A stretch of DNA of 64,000 nucleotides from a virus (lineage: Duplodnaviria > Caudoviricetes), in the IMG/VR virus record IMGVR_UViG_3300048854_000106, positions 187 to 64,186 of that record, one strand, 5' to 3'. Below are positions 38,104 through 46,102 of the stretch, one piece after another. The position numbers were made by a program, and so were the translations under genes. The notes under the pieces are model-generated. The model made no database searches and was not told the DNA's origin. It saw nothing but the letters and a program-made list of their open reading frames with translations. The stretch's first letter is position 1; each line of letters starts with the position of its first letter.

Positions 38104-38561
38104 TGCATCGTGTCCGGCTCAGCCTTTTCGAAGTGATCGAGGCTGCGAAGGAAAACGCGATACTGCTGAGCTTTTGTCTTTCCCTGGTACGCGCTGACCA
38201 TGTCGGCACCCGTTGCTTTCTGTTCCCACAGGCTGACGTGGACCGGTAGATCATCGAACGCGAGGGATAGCAAGCCGTTCTTGATGCCGGCAATGCTGAC
38301 TGAGCAGATCGTATATTCTTCACGCTGAACCTTGAGGTCGGTGCCCCCTTTCTTGAGATTGGTGATCACCTCGTCAATCTGAACGAAGGCGCGCCACCGC
38401 GCGATCGGCATCATGGTGTTCAGCATTGCGGTGCAGACAGCGGCTGCGGTCTTCACGTCCTCGAGCTGCTGGACGCCGCCCCCGATGATCAAGACGCCGT
38501 CCTCCTTGATCGCGTCGTCAGCGAGAGCGATCAAGTTCGTCAGTGCTTCAGCTCCGTTCAT
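38100..38561 (-). CDS. Hypothetical protein
   Basis: GGAGA RBS, ATGA coupling. Confidence 0.6.
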   Translation of the reverse strand: MNGAEALTNLIALADDAIKEDGVLIIGGGVQQLEDVKTAAAVCTAMLNTMMPIARWRAFVQIDEVITNLKKGGTDLKVQREEYTICSVSIAGIKNGLLSLAFDDLPVHVSLWEQKATGADMVSAYQGKTKAQQYRVFLRSLDHFEKAEPDTMQ

Positions 38562-38776
38562 TCGTAGTCTCCAAATTTGCGCGCAATGCGCTTGAGGTCG
38601 ATAGAGTCAGCTTCGATCATCGCGATGTCCTTCTGCGCAGCGATCACGTCCTGCGCATTGTTCAACGTGCCCATTTGTTCCATCATATGCGTCACGCGTT
38701 GATCTTGCATTTCAGCGTGCGTCATCAGGATCGCGCCGACAGTTGACGCGTCGGACTCGGTAAGCGAAGGGCGCAT
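38558..38776 (-). CDS. Hypothetical protein
   Basis: First gene after the 38809-38838 promoter. Confidence 0.55.
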   Translation of the reverse strand: MRPSLTESDASTVGAILMTHAEMQDQRVTHMMEQMGTLNNAQDVIAAQKDIAMIEADSIDLKRIARKFGDYE

Positions 38777-38808
38777 AACGTTTTATCTTTCATCAGAGTT
38801 GACGTTGT

Positions 38809-38838
38809 AATTTACGACGTACGGTTGCTTTCGGTCAA
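38809..38838 (-). promoter_or_regulatory. sigma70-type promoter
   Basis: TTGACC-N18-TAAATT. Confidence 0.55.
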
Positions 38839-38853
38839 CTGTCGTATACCGCA

Positions 38854-39756
38854 TCAATCTGTGATGTCGAACCCTGGGCGAAAGTCAATCCATGAAGGAT
38901 GACGTGGCCTATCCTTCTCACCGACTACTTGCTTCTTTGCTTTGCCGATGGTTTTGGCTGCGACGATCGCGTCTCGCTTGTCCCAGAACTCCTGGCGCTG
39001 TGCAGCAGAAAATCCACCACCAACCCGAACTTTCGCTCCAGTCTTAAGCTCAGTCCCAGTGAAGCCACCGAGCGTGCCTTTGCCAATCTTGTTAGCTTTG
39101 GACGAAGACCGTTTCGATTTGCCCGTTTTATCCTTCTTCGCTTCATTGTTATTCTTTTGCTCCTCGTAGTAACCCTCAATCAGGAATTCGAAGTCCTCGA
39201 ACGGCTTGACCTTGAGCAGGTACTGTTCGCGCAGTGTTGACTTACCCTGCTTGTACGTTCCTTGTGGATCACGAGTCATGATACCCTCGAAACCCAGCGC
39301 TAGCTGTTCCTCGAGGTATGCGACGAGCTGAGCATAGTTGGTGATGTAAACCTGATGCACAAGCTTGATGCGCTTATGGCCGAGCTCTTCAACGATGTCC
39401 TGCAGCTGAGCGTACCGATTGCCGAACGGCTCATCCTTGTCCCACAGGTCGAACAGCCAAAGCTTCCAATCAGGGTCGCCTTCTTTGGTGGTTAGACCGC
39501 TCGATGTCCGCGTAAGAACGCCTTTACCGCGTCGTTTACCCACGACAACCTCGCCATCGAGGAACCAAGGCTTACGAAACAGGCCAGTCGTAGCCTTCTG
39601 AAAGACCAGGTTGGGGAACAACGACAGTCTCGAGGTGTAGGCTTGATTGTGATCGAGGCCACAACGGAACCCGTCAATCTTGGGCGAAGCGTAACAGGGC
39701 AATCTGATTTTGGTCAGATCGGAGACTGCAACACCTTTTTGGAAGCGGGTGATCAT
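38854..39756 (-). CDS. ATP-dependent DNA ligase
   Basis: Motif I ASPKIDGFR, motif III FLDGEVV, motif IV FEGIMTRDP, motif V LLKVKP, OB domain VGGGFS; start placed at ATG 39756. Confidence 0.9.
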   Translation of the reverse strand: MITRFQKGVAVSDLTKIRLPCYASPKIDGFRCGLDHNQAYTSRLSLFPNLVFQKATTGLFRKPWFLDGEVVVGKRRGKGVLTRTSSGLTTKEGDPDWKLWLFDLWDKDEPFGNRYAQLQDIVEELGHKRIKLVHQVYITNYAQLVAYLEEQLALGFEGIMTRDPQGTYKQGKSTLREQYLLKVKPFEDFEFLIEGYYEEQKNNNEAKKDKTGKSKRSSSKANKIGKGTLGGFTGTELKTGAKVRVGGGFSAAQRQEFWDKRDAIVAAKTIGKAKKQVVGEKDRPRHPSWIDFRPGFDITD

Positions 39757-39823
39757 CCGAAGAAGACTCCATGAAGGAATACAAGCCCGCAGAAAACTAC
39801 GGGAAAAGCTGCGAAACCGAGGC

Positions 39824-39858
39824 AAAAGCCTACAGAACGGCCTCGATAGTAGGCTTTT
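39824..39858. terminator. Bidirectional terminator-like inverted repeat
   Basis: AAAAGCCTAC / GTAGGCTTTT arms around a 15-nt loop. Confidence 0.6.
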
Positions 39859-39885
39859 TCTATCCGATCGCGCGTAGGATACTGA

Positions 39886-40251
39886 TTAGAGCTCGAAGTC
39901 ATAGATATTATCCTCATTCAAGACCCGAAACAGTGTGGGAGTGGGCATAAAGCTCGGGAACTCGAGCCGCATGATCGATTTGGTCTCCAAAATCGGATGG
40001 TCACCCGGTATAAACCCACACAAGCCGACGTCATCGTCCGCATACCAGACCAAAGCCATGTGCTTGAGCGTCGGCACACGGAATGCGAGCGCAAGGTTAG
40101 CTCGTTGGGGAACCTGCTTAAGCAACGTCTTGCCGAGAAGACGAAATTCGCCGAAGACACTTGAGTCAAGCTGTTGCGCATTCTTGCCATAGAGCCTGTA
40201 CTTCGGCTTCTTATCGACACGCGGTGTCTTAGTGAGCATTAACGCCGGCAC
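39886..40251 (-). CDS. Hypothetical protein
   Basis: Coupled early-gene series. Confidence 0.5.
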   Translation of the reverse strand: MPALMLTKTPRVDKKPKYRLYGKNAQQLDSSVFGEFRLLGKTLLKQVPQRANLALAFRVPTLKHMALVWYADDDVGLCGFIPGDHPILETKSIMRLEFPSFMPTPTLFRVLNEDNIYDFEL

Positions 40252-40483
40252 GGCTTTCCTCCATCAGGCGAGGTGTGGTGCGACCCGTCGACCAACCCAT
40301 CGCATGGGACATTCCATCGTCGGCGTCGAAGATCGTCCACCAGTCGAAGTCGTCCTGACGCGTCTTCGCGTAGGTTGCGAGTTCCTTGAGGTCATCACCA
40401 TCGCGGACGTAAAACTGAGTGTGCGCGGTGTCACGGTTCCAGGACCGACCTTGACCAGCGTGCAAGTGATACCGCGCGATCAT
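40229..40483 (-). CDS. Hypothetical protein
   Basis: Coupled early-gene series. Confidence 0.55.
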   Translation of the reverse strand: MIARYHLHAGQGRSWNRDTAHTQFYVRDGDDLKELATYAKTRQDDFDWWTIFDADDGMSHAMGWSTGRTTPRLMEESRAGVNAH

Positions 40484-40686
40484 CAGATCAGCTCCGCAGT
40501 GATCGTTACCTCGTCGCGGTTCTGCGACAGCTTGTAGACGAACCGTTTGTCGGTCATCTTGGGGTTGAGCAAGAACATCGTCTTCTCAACCTGTTGAATT
40601 GCGGAGATCAGCTCACGAGCGCTGTCGCCTCGGTATGCCGCATCAAGCTTCGTCATTCATTCCTCCATGCGTGTCGTCAATAGCAC

Positions 40687-40716
40687 ATTATACGCTAAGA
40701 CGACATGCACGGGCAA
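40687..40716 (-). promoter_or_regulatory. sigma70-type promoter
   Basis: TTGCCC-N18-TATAAT. Confidence 0.55.
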
Positions 40717-40720
40717 CCGC

Positions 40721-41104
40721 TTATTTCTTACCCTTCTTTCGCTTTTTCAACTCCTTCTTCTTGTCCTTCTTGGTCGGGGCCTTAAAGTCCTTCTTCTCGA
40801 TGGGCTCCTTAGTGTGGTCAACCTTCGACGTGGGCTTGTCGGTCGGACGACGCGGCGGGTTCGGCGTGCTGACACGATCCTCGTCGAGCGGAATGTAGAT
40901 CACCTGTGGCCGATAGCCCAGCACTTCAGGGATCTTCAAACCAGGCGACTGAACCTTGCGATTGAACGCGCTGACCTGCTGAGGCGTGATGCCCTTGTCC
41001 TTCGACCATTCATGCGGTGACTTGTTGCCGATATTAGTCTTCATCAGCTTGCGCAGCTGAAACTCGCTGATCGCAGACTTCGGAATTTTCTTTGCAATGT
41101 CCAT
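40721..41104 (-). CDS. Basic HTH-like hypothetical protein
   Basis: SPHEWSKDKGITPQQVSAF...GLKIPEVLG HTH-like core with Lys-rich tail. Confidence 0.55.
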   Translation of the reverse strand: MDIAKKIPKSAISEFQLRKLMKTNIGNKSPHEWSKDKGITPQQVSAFNRKVQSPGLKIPEVLGYRPQVIYIPLDEDRVSTPNPPRRPTDKPTSKVDHTKEPIEKKDFKAPTKKDKKKELKKRKKGKK

Positions 41105-41236
41105 TACGGTTCTTCCTTGAAGTTGTAGTTATGGGCTCGGCCTAAGCTTCGACCATTAACCTTGGCGTTGTGACTTGAGACTTGACCCATCCACCGGATC
41201 AACGCCATCAATCGTGGATGAGTGACAATCGCGATC

Positions 41237-41500
41237 TTAACGCGGTCTGGGTCCACCCAACCCGTGGAATCCCTTGAAGGAGGCTTCATCAAATCTCTCC
41301 GCAAGCAACAACTCGTCCGAAGCATCTTGCACCGTCGAATAGGTCGGCGAGCGAGGAGCCTCGTTTGTGTGGTCCTGAAGATGCGACGCCACACAGCGGT
41401 CCAGACGCCAGAGCAATTCCTTGAGTCGATTGACTGCGTAGACGTTGAGGACTGTCAAAAACACGCAGGCACACAGGACCAAGATAAACGCAGCATTCAT
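41237..41500 (-). CDS. Small membrane protein
   Basis: GAGGAG RBS, N-terminal TM AAFILVLCACVFLTVLNVYAV. Confidence 0.5.
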   Translation of the reverse strand: MNAAFILVLCACVFLTVLNVYAVNRLKELLWRLDRCVASHLQDHTNEAPRSPTYSTVQDASDELLLAERFDEASFKGFHGLGGPRPR

Positions 41501-41946
41501 ACGACTCTCCTCATTTTATTCTTGAAGTCGCCCATCGCTCGATAGAACCGAAGCGACTCCTGGTTCGTGGTGCAAGGATCGCGCAGCTTGTACTCGATCG
41601 TCGACTCCCAGTCGTCCTCATGCTGAATAAGCTTCTCGCCCTGAAATTGGACAATCTCGTAGTAGGTGTCTTTGTATTCCCACACAGAGCCGCGCGGGAA
41701 GTCAGCCTGATCGGCGCGAATGGGAAGAATGTTGAGCCGCTTGAAGTGATCAACCATGCCGCCGATATAACCCACAAGGGCTTCATGCCCAGCCTTCAGC
41801 TGCGGGCGCTGTTCGTGCAGAGCCTTCTGTCGCTGATTGAACGCCGCGGACAGCAGCGTCTTCAAGACTTCCTCACGAAACTCCTCTGCGGTGTCGGCCT
41901 TAACAAAGACCAGACTACCGCCGCGTGCTGTGCCGTCACTGTCCAT
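41497..41946 (-). CDS. Hypothetical protein
   Basis: Coupled series. Confidence 0.55.
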   Translation of the reverse strand: MDSDGTARGGSLVFVKADTAEEFREEVLKTLLSAAFNQRQKALHEQRPQLKAGHEALVGYIGGMVDHFKRLNILPIRADQADFPRGSVWEYKDTYYEIVQFQGEKLIQHEDDWESTIEYKLRDPCTTNQESLRFYRAMGDFKNKMRRVV

Positions 41947-42178
41947 TGGGTTGAGTCCTTGACTGAGCCAGCGTGCTGATCAATCCGTAGATGTGAGCAA
42001 CACCCGTCATGATATCGCGCTGGACGACTGCGTTGTAGAGAGCGAGTCGCTGTTCAGGCTCGAGCTTGTCCCAGCCCTTGCGTTTGTCAATGAAGTCGAG
42101 CTCCATCGCGAGGCTGACAGCTTCCTGGGTAATATGTTCCTCGCGGACCATTGCGTCAGTTGCCATTGATCCGTCCAA
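41936..42178 (-). CDS. Hypothetical protein
   Basis: Coupled series. Confidence 0.5.
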   Translation of the reverse strand: MDGSMATDAMVREEHITQEAVSLAMELDFIDKRKGWDKLEPEQRLALYNAVVQRDIMTGVAHIYGLISTLAQSRTQPNGQ

Positions 42179-42415
42179 TCAAGAGATCAAGTCGTTCATG
42201 GGTATGCTTCATGTCGATTAGCCAATCGCGACCCACCTTGTCGCTGGTCAGCATGAGCACGGCGAGGCGTTGGATTTCCGAGGCGCTGTGCGCGATGTCG
42301 GAGATCTGCTGACGCTTTTCTTTCTTCATAGCTTCCTCGATGTCACGGGTAAGTGGCTGGGGACAACTCCCACTCGTTTAACTGCAGAAGGATATCTTGC
42401 TAGCAGCCCATGCAA

Positions 42416-42655
42416 TCAATCGTCGGGAGTGATGTCACTGACGTTGAAGTCGGCGACCTTCTTGTTTAGCCGGTTGTGGATGTTGGCGATCTGCTTCGCC
42501 ACCTTCTTCTGCTTTGCCGGCGTGGTGAACGTCTCGTCGTCGGCTTCACCTGCAGCGTACTTCTTGTACTGCTTCGAGATACCCTTGAGCGCGGCGAGAT
42601 ATGCGGCCTGTCCCGGAGTGGGAATCGGCGCGGGAGTGGCTTTCGCCATAGTCAT
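42416..42655 (-). CDS. Hypothetical protein
   Basis: AAGGA RBS, biased codons. Confidence 0.6.
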   Translation of the reverse strand: MTMAKATPAPIPTPGQAAYLAALKGISKQYKKYAAGEADDETFTTPAKQKKVAKQIANIHNRLNKKVADFNVSDITPDD

Positions 42656-42688
42656 GTTCCTTCTGGTTGGAGGTCGGGTGGTATCAGA

Positions 42689-42853
42689 TCACTCGATGGT
42701 GATCGTGATCGTCTCGGGAGCGTCGCCCTTGAACGCCGTCTTCTTGATGTAGAGGCTGGGGATCGCCGCGTCCTGCGCGTCGTTCTTATAGACGAACGTG
42801 CCCTTGGTGTCGCGAGCCTTCGTCAGCTTGGTCGTGATCAATGCCTTCGCCAT
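42689..42853 (-). CDS. Small hypothetical protein (54 aa)
   Basis: AGGAG RBS, biased codons, directly after a consensus promoter. Confidence 0.65.
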   Translation of the reverse strand: MAKALITTKLTKARDTKGTFVYKNDAQDAAIPSLYIKKTAFKGDAPETITITIE

Positions 42854-42887
42854 GTCGTTACTCCTGTTGCGTCGTTGTGACAGGTGC

Positions 42888-42916
42888 ATAATAACGACAT
42901 GGCGTTAGGGTGTCAA
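42888..42916 (-). promoter_or_regulatory. sigma70-type promoter
   Basis: TTGACA-N17-TATTAT. Confidence 0.7.
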
Positions 42917-42928
42917 CCCACTAAAATC

Positions 42929-43024
42929 TTAGAAGGGACTGACGCTCATACCGATAAAGACCATTGCCACACAAAGCATGATGAAGACCACGATGACGCC
43001 GACGCTGTGAGTCGTGCTGCGCAT
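42929..43024 (-). CDS. 31-aa single-TM peptide
   Basis: MRSTTHSVGVIVVFIMLCVAMVFIGMSVSPF; TGATG coupling; not in the ORF track. Confidence 0.45.
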   Translation of the reverse strand: MRSTTHSVGVIVVFIMLCVAMVFIGMSVSPF

Positions 43025-43713
43025 CACTCGAACTCCAGGCGTACCGTACCCTGCTGAGTTACGGCAACGTTGAAGGCTATGTGAGGATTGGCGTCAGCAA
43101 GCTTGATCACGCCGTTCAGGTTGCGCATCGCCTGAATCAGCATTGTGGTTAGTTCTTCCGCGCTCGGTCCTTCAGGCTTAGGAGACGCTGGAAGGAACTC
43201 ATGCATCAAGCCGTTATCCGGGTGATGTCCATGAGTAAAGCTCAAAAGCTCCACAGGTGCTGTAAGTGTGTCGCGAACAGCGCTAAGCTTCTCGGTCTTG
43301 GGCGGACGTCCTCGAGGAGGCGACACTCCCGCACGAGTCTCGGCGCCATTTGCTCTGAGCGGTTGCAGATCTTCCCACTTCGGCCAGATAAAGTATGACC
43401 CCTCATTTTCACGGCAGAGATACCGATCGGGCGAGCTGACCTTGAAGTATGGCATCTCATACATGTTATTAAAGGGCTCGACCACAATAACCGCTGTCGC
43501 CGTGAAGGTCCAGTGAACCTTACCGTTCGGCTGTCGATATGTCTTTGCTCTGCCGTGCTTGCCTTTCGTTAGCGCCGGCTTGAGCTCAAAGTGATCACCC
43601 TGGAAGGCGAGCTTGTACCGATCCGCCAACAGTTCGTTGTCATCAGGCTCTGCCTCGATCCGAACTCCTGTGGGACTCGAGCCTATGCGTAAGATCTTCA
43701 TTGTCCTCTCCAT
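43024..43713 (-). CDS. Hypothetical protein
   Basis: 229-aa ORF in a coupled series. Confidence 0.55.
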   Translation of the reverse strand: MERTMKILRIGSSPTGVRIEAEPDDNELLADRYKLAFQGDHFELKPALTKGKHGRAKTYRQPNGKVHWTFTATAVIVVEPFNNMYEMPYFKVSSPDRYLCRENEGSYFIWPKWEDLQPLRANGAETRAGVSPPRGRPPKTEKLSAVRDTLTAPVELLSFTHGHHPDNGLMHEFLPASPKPEGPSAEELTTMLIQAMRNLNGVIKLADANPHIAFNVAVTQQGTVRLEFE

Positions 43714-43790
43714 AGTGCGTAGCCGATTGCTACGATAAACATGACCACAACCGCGGCCTCGAAAATATATTGAGCGAGTCTCTCTTTCAT
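43698..43790 (-). CDS. 30-aa single-TM peptide
   Basis: MKERLAQYIFEAAVVVMFIVAIGYALWRGQ; ATGA coupling on both sides. Confidence 0.45.
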   Translation of the reverse strand: MKERLAQYIFEAAVVVMFIVAIGYALWRGQ

Positions 43791-44029
43791 CCGCTTATCC
43801 TCTTGAACATTGCCAGGTAGGTGCTCACCTCACCGTTGGCTGTGTTGGTAACTGTGTGTCCGATCCGACTAAGGGACACTGCTTGTTCCATGTGGAAGCT
43901 GTCGAGCCACCTTTCTAGAGCGTCGATCCTGTCTCTGTGGTCTTTGACGACCAGGCAAGTGTGCCGATCGTTCGATCTTTCCAGGCCGAGACCGTTCCCA
44001 CAAATGGTGACAGTGCGGACTACGGTCAT
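43787..44029 (-). CDS. Hypothetical protein
   Basis: TAATG coupling. Confidence 0.5.
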   Translation of the reverse strand: MTVVRTVTICGNGLGLERSNDRHTCLVVKDHRDRIDALERWLDSFHMEQAVSLSRIGHTVTNTANGEVSTYLAMFKRISG

Positions 44030-44283
44030 TAGTCTAGCTCCAGGTGAGAGTCCTTGGGGGACTTGGCCTTGAAAGCGGGGACTGCGAAGTTGACCTCTGT
44101 GAGAAGGGCCTCGAAGTATGCAAGGTCACCGCCCGAGCCTGCGATTATATAGCCCGCGGTATAGTACTTGCCTGTCTGTGCGACGTGCAGAATTGTTGGT
44201 GGTGGACCGGGGAATTGACTCTGGTCGATGATATGATCGGGATCGCGGGTATGGTTGTTGGGATACAGTTTGATGTCGGGCAT
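44029..44283 (-). CDS. Hypothetical protein
   Basis: AAGGAG RBS and ATG 44283 after a promoter. Confidence 0.6.
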   Translation of the reverse strand: MPDIKLYPNNHTRDPDHIIDQSQFPGPPPTILHVAQTGKYYTAGYIIAGSGGDLAYFEALLTEVNFAVPAFKAKSPKDSHLELD

Positions 44284-44304
44284 GATAGTTCTCCTTGCGT
44301 GATC

Positions 44305-44334
44305 ATTATACGACTGGAGAACGTCAGGGGTCAA
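44305..44334 (-). promoter_or_regulatory. sigma70-type promoter
   Basis: TTGACC-N18-TATAAT. Confidence 0.7.
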
Positions 44335-44452
44335 CTGTCATAAGAATTTGATAGAATACTCACGCTATGTCGTGAGATACCAAAAGCTAGAAAGTATAGA
44401 TGTGGAGCTGGTACGTGGTGTACGGATATGGGCCGATTTTTCGACCCGGCGG

Positions 44453-44467
44453 TTAATAGAACCTTAA
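44453..44467. promoter_or_regulatory. CtrA-type box 1
   Basis: TTAA-TAGAACC-TTAA, perfect TTAA-N7-TTAA. Confidence 0.55.
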
Positions 44468-44487
44468 CCGTATCCGTTCAGATGATA

Positions 44488-44700
44488 TTAATTATCGCCG
44501 ATCCGATTGCGTGCAGCAGGAACAGGCGTGTGCGACGCATCGACGTGTGCAACGCGATTGCGGATATACGTCGCGCAATGCATCGGATCGGGCGTACGGG
44601 CATTGTGAGCGATCACAAGAGCAAGGACAAGAGCGATGGTTGCGATGATCATGATACATTCCTCAATTAACGTGTGCGATGTTATTGTTATACATCGCAC
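44488..44700 (-). CDS. Small membrane/secreted peptide
   Basis: GAGGA RBS before MIIATIALVLALVIA. Confidence 0.45.
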   Translation of the reverse strand: MRCITITSHTLIEECIMIIATIALVLALVIAHNARTPDPMHCATYIRNRVAHVDASHTPVPAARNRIGDN

Positions 44701-44703
44701 ACG

Positions 44704-44718
44704 TTAAGGATTGATTAA
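44704..44718. promoter_or_regulatory. CtrA-type box 2
   Basis: TTAA-GGATTGA-TTAA. Confidence 0.55.
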
Positions 44719-45071
44719 GATTCGGAGGTTTCGTTCGTGTGCAATTCGTTGTTCACAACGACGTTGTTGTCATCGATCACGCGCGATTTGCGAGGCGTGC
44801 GCGTTGTCGCGTTACGCTTTGATGCGCGTTCGATTTTCGCGCGATAGGTCGCATCAAAATGCGAACGCACGACGTCATATTGCGATTGCGTGAACAGCCA
44901 CGACGCGTTGTGCGAATGTGCGTCACGCATGTGCGTGCGCAACCATACGCGCATTGATTTCGTCGTGATCGTTGAATTCGCGTTCGCCTTCAGGATATCG
45001 TCATGAATGGTTTTGAGGACGATCGAAGGCGTTTCAACAACAACGTTCGATTTCGCGTTACGCTTCGTCAT
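44715..45071 (-). CDS. Hypothetical early protein, first gene left of the TTAA array
   Basis: AAGGA RBS, upstream promoter, unusual dinucleotide composition. Confidence 0.65.
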   Translation of the reverse strand: MTKRNAKSNVVVETPSIVLKTIHDDILKANANSTITTKSMRVWLRTHMRDAHSHNASWLFTQSQYDVVRSHFDATYRAKIERASKRNATTRTPRKSRVIDDNNVVVNNELHTNETSES

Positions 45072-45127
45072 GTCGTGTATTCCTTTTGTGTATCGTGCGA
45101 TGCGTTATTGCGTCGTTCGATGTATTG

Positions 45128-45156
45128 AATATACGATCAATGTATTAACAAAACAA
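45128..45156 (-). promoter_or_regulatory. sigma70-type promoter
   Basis: TTGTTT-N17-TATATT with TCG before the -10, like the other early promoters. Confidence 0.5.
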
Positions 45157-45168
45157 CAACGAATTAGG

Positions 45169-45183
45169 TTAAGAACCTGTTAA
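45169..45183. promoter_or_regulatory. CtrA-type box 3
   Basis: TTAA-GAACCTG-TTAA just upstream of the 45128-45156 promoter. Confidence 0.55.
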
Positions 45184-45209
45184 CGACGATTTTATTCAGA
45201 TTTATTTTT

Positions 45210-45352
45210 ATGGTTAACGGACAAGGTTAACGGGCATTAACGTTAATAGATATAGTTAACATCGTTAACGTTAATAAATAAGGTTAAGACCCTTAACTAT
45301 ATCCGTTAACGTTAATAAAGATAGTTAAGAGAGTGGCTCATGGTTAACGGAC
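45210..45352. repeat. AT-rich TTAA repeat array
   Basis: Twelve TTAA in 140 bp; three copies of TTAACGTTAATA-N6-GTTAA (45237, 45265, 45306); flanked by direct repeat ATGGTTAACGGAC (45210, 45340). Confidence 0.85.
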
Positions 45353-45364
45353 TTTGAGCCCACA

Positions 45365-45466
45365 AGTCCGCCCAAACTCGTAGTCCGCCCACATAGTCTA
45401 TCCGTCTAGGTAGCTCTAACAATGGCCACTTGCACTATTCAGCCTACGTGTCCGCGTAGCTCTAAC
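45365..45466. repeat. Two pairs of short direct repeats
   Basis: AGTCCGCCCA at 45365 and 45382; GTAGCTCTAAC at 45410 and 45456. Confidence 0.6.
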
Positions 45467-45736
45467 GCGCGTGCATGTCACAGCTACCCATTCCGCAAAG
45501 ATCACGTAATAGCATAGTACAGACACGCACTTGCATTAGACTCCGAGAATGTGGCCGTAACGGCACGGAGCTGGACTATTCAGACACATTATCCATTTTC
45601 CGATCTTACAAGCCATACGAGACACAAGATGGCCTTCGTGTACGCGGGAACATGAATATAGCTATATTTCTCTCTCTTTTTTATTATCTGATGCCTAAGT
45701 ACCATCTTACGCAAGATAAGCTCAATTCCGCCTCTA

Positions 45737-46045
45737 TTGACAAAGACACCCACTATACCTTATACTATAGTTATGGCCTTATTCGCTCAAAAAGGGCAGA
45801 ATTTGAGCCGTATGTATGTATTCAGGAAAGCGACTCTTATGGCACGTATCTCTGAACAAAAATCAACGGTCTCTTGGTTACAGGGTTATTTGACCCGAAA
45901 GCCTGCAAAAGAAAGCAAAGTAAGAAAGGATTGTCCATATAAACCATACTGCCTCGACATCGCTATTGGACTCCTTGCTTACCACAACAAAGAGGACAAT
46001 AAGCTACATCTAAACCCAACATCTTATGTAAAGCTTGTTGGATAG
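45737..46045 (+). CDS. Hypothetical low-GC protein
   Basis: ORF in an AT-richer segment; start uncertain. Confidence 0.4.
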   Translation: MTKTPTIPYTIVMALFAQKGQNLSRMYVFRKATLMARISEQKSTVSWLQGYLTRKPAKESKVRKDCPYKPYCLDIAIGLLAYHNKEDNKLHLNPTSYVKLVG

Positions 46046-46102
46046 ATCCACCCCTATATCATAACACTTATAACCATTCGGCATTGAAAAGGTAGCCCCG
46101 GC

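Noticed and set aside
39790-39830. Roughly helically phased A-tracts upstream of the ligase
   Set aside because: Only four short tracts, partly belonging to the terminator arm; too weak to report as bent DNA
45210-45352. TTAA array as a mini-CRISPR array
   Set aside because: Units are about 23 bp, overlapping and irregularly spaced, with no unique 25-40 nt spacers
45475-45855. 126-aa plus-strand ORF right of the array
   Set aside because: No RBS, atypical composition, overlaps 45737..46045; cannot be supported as a gene
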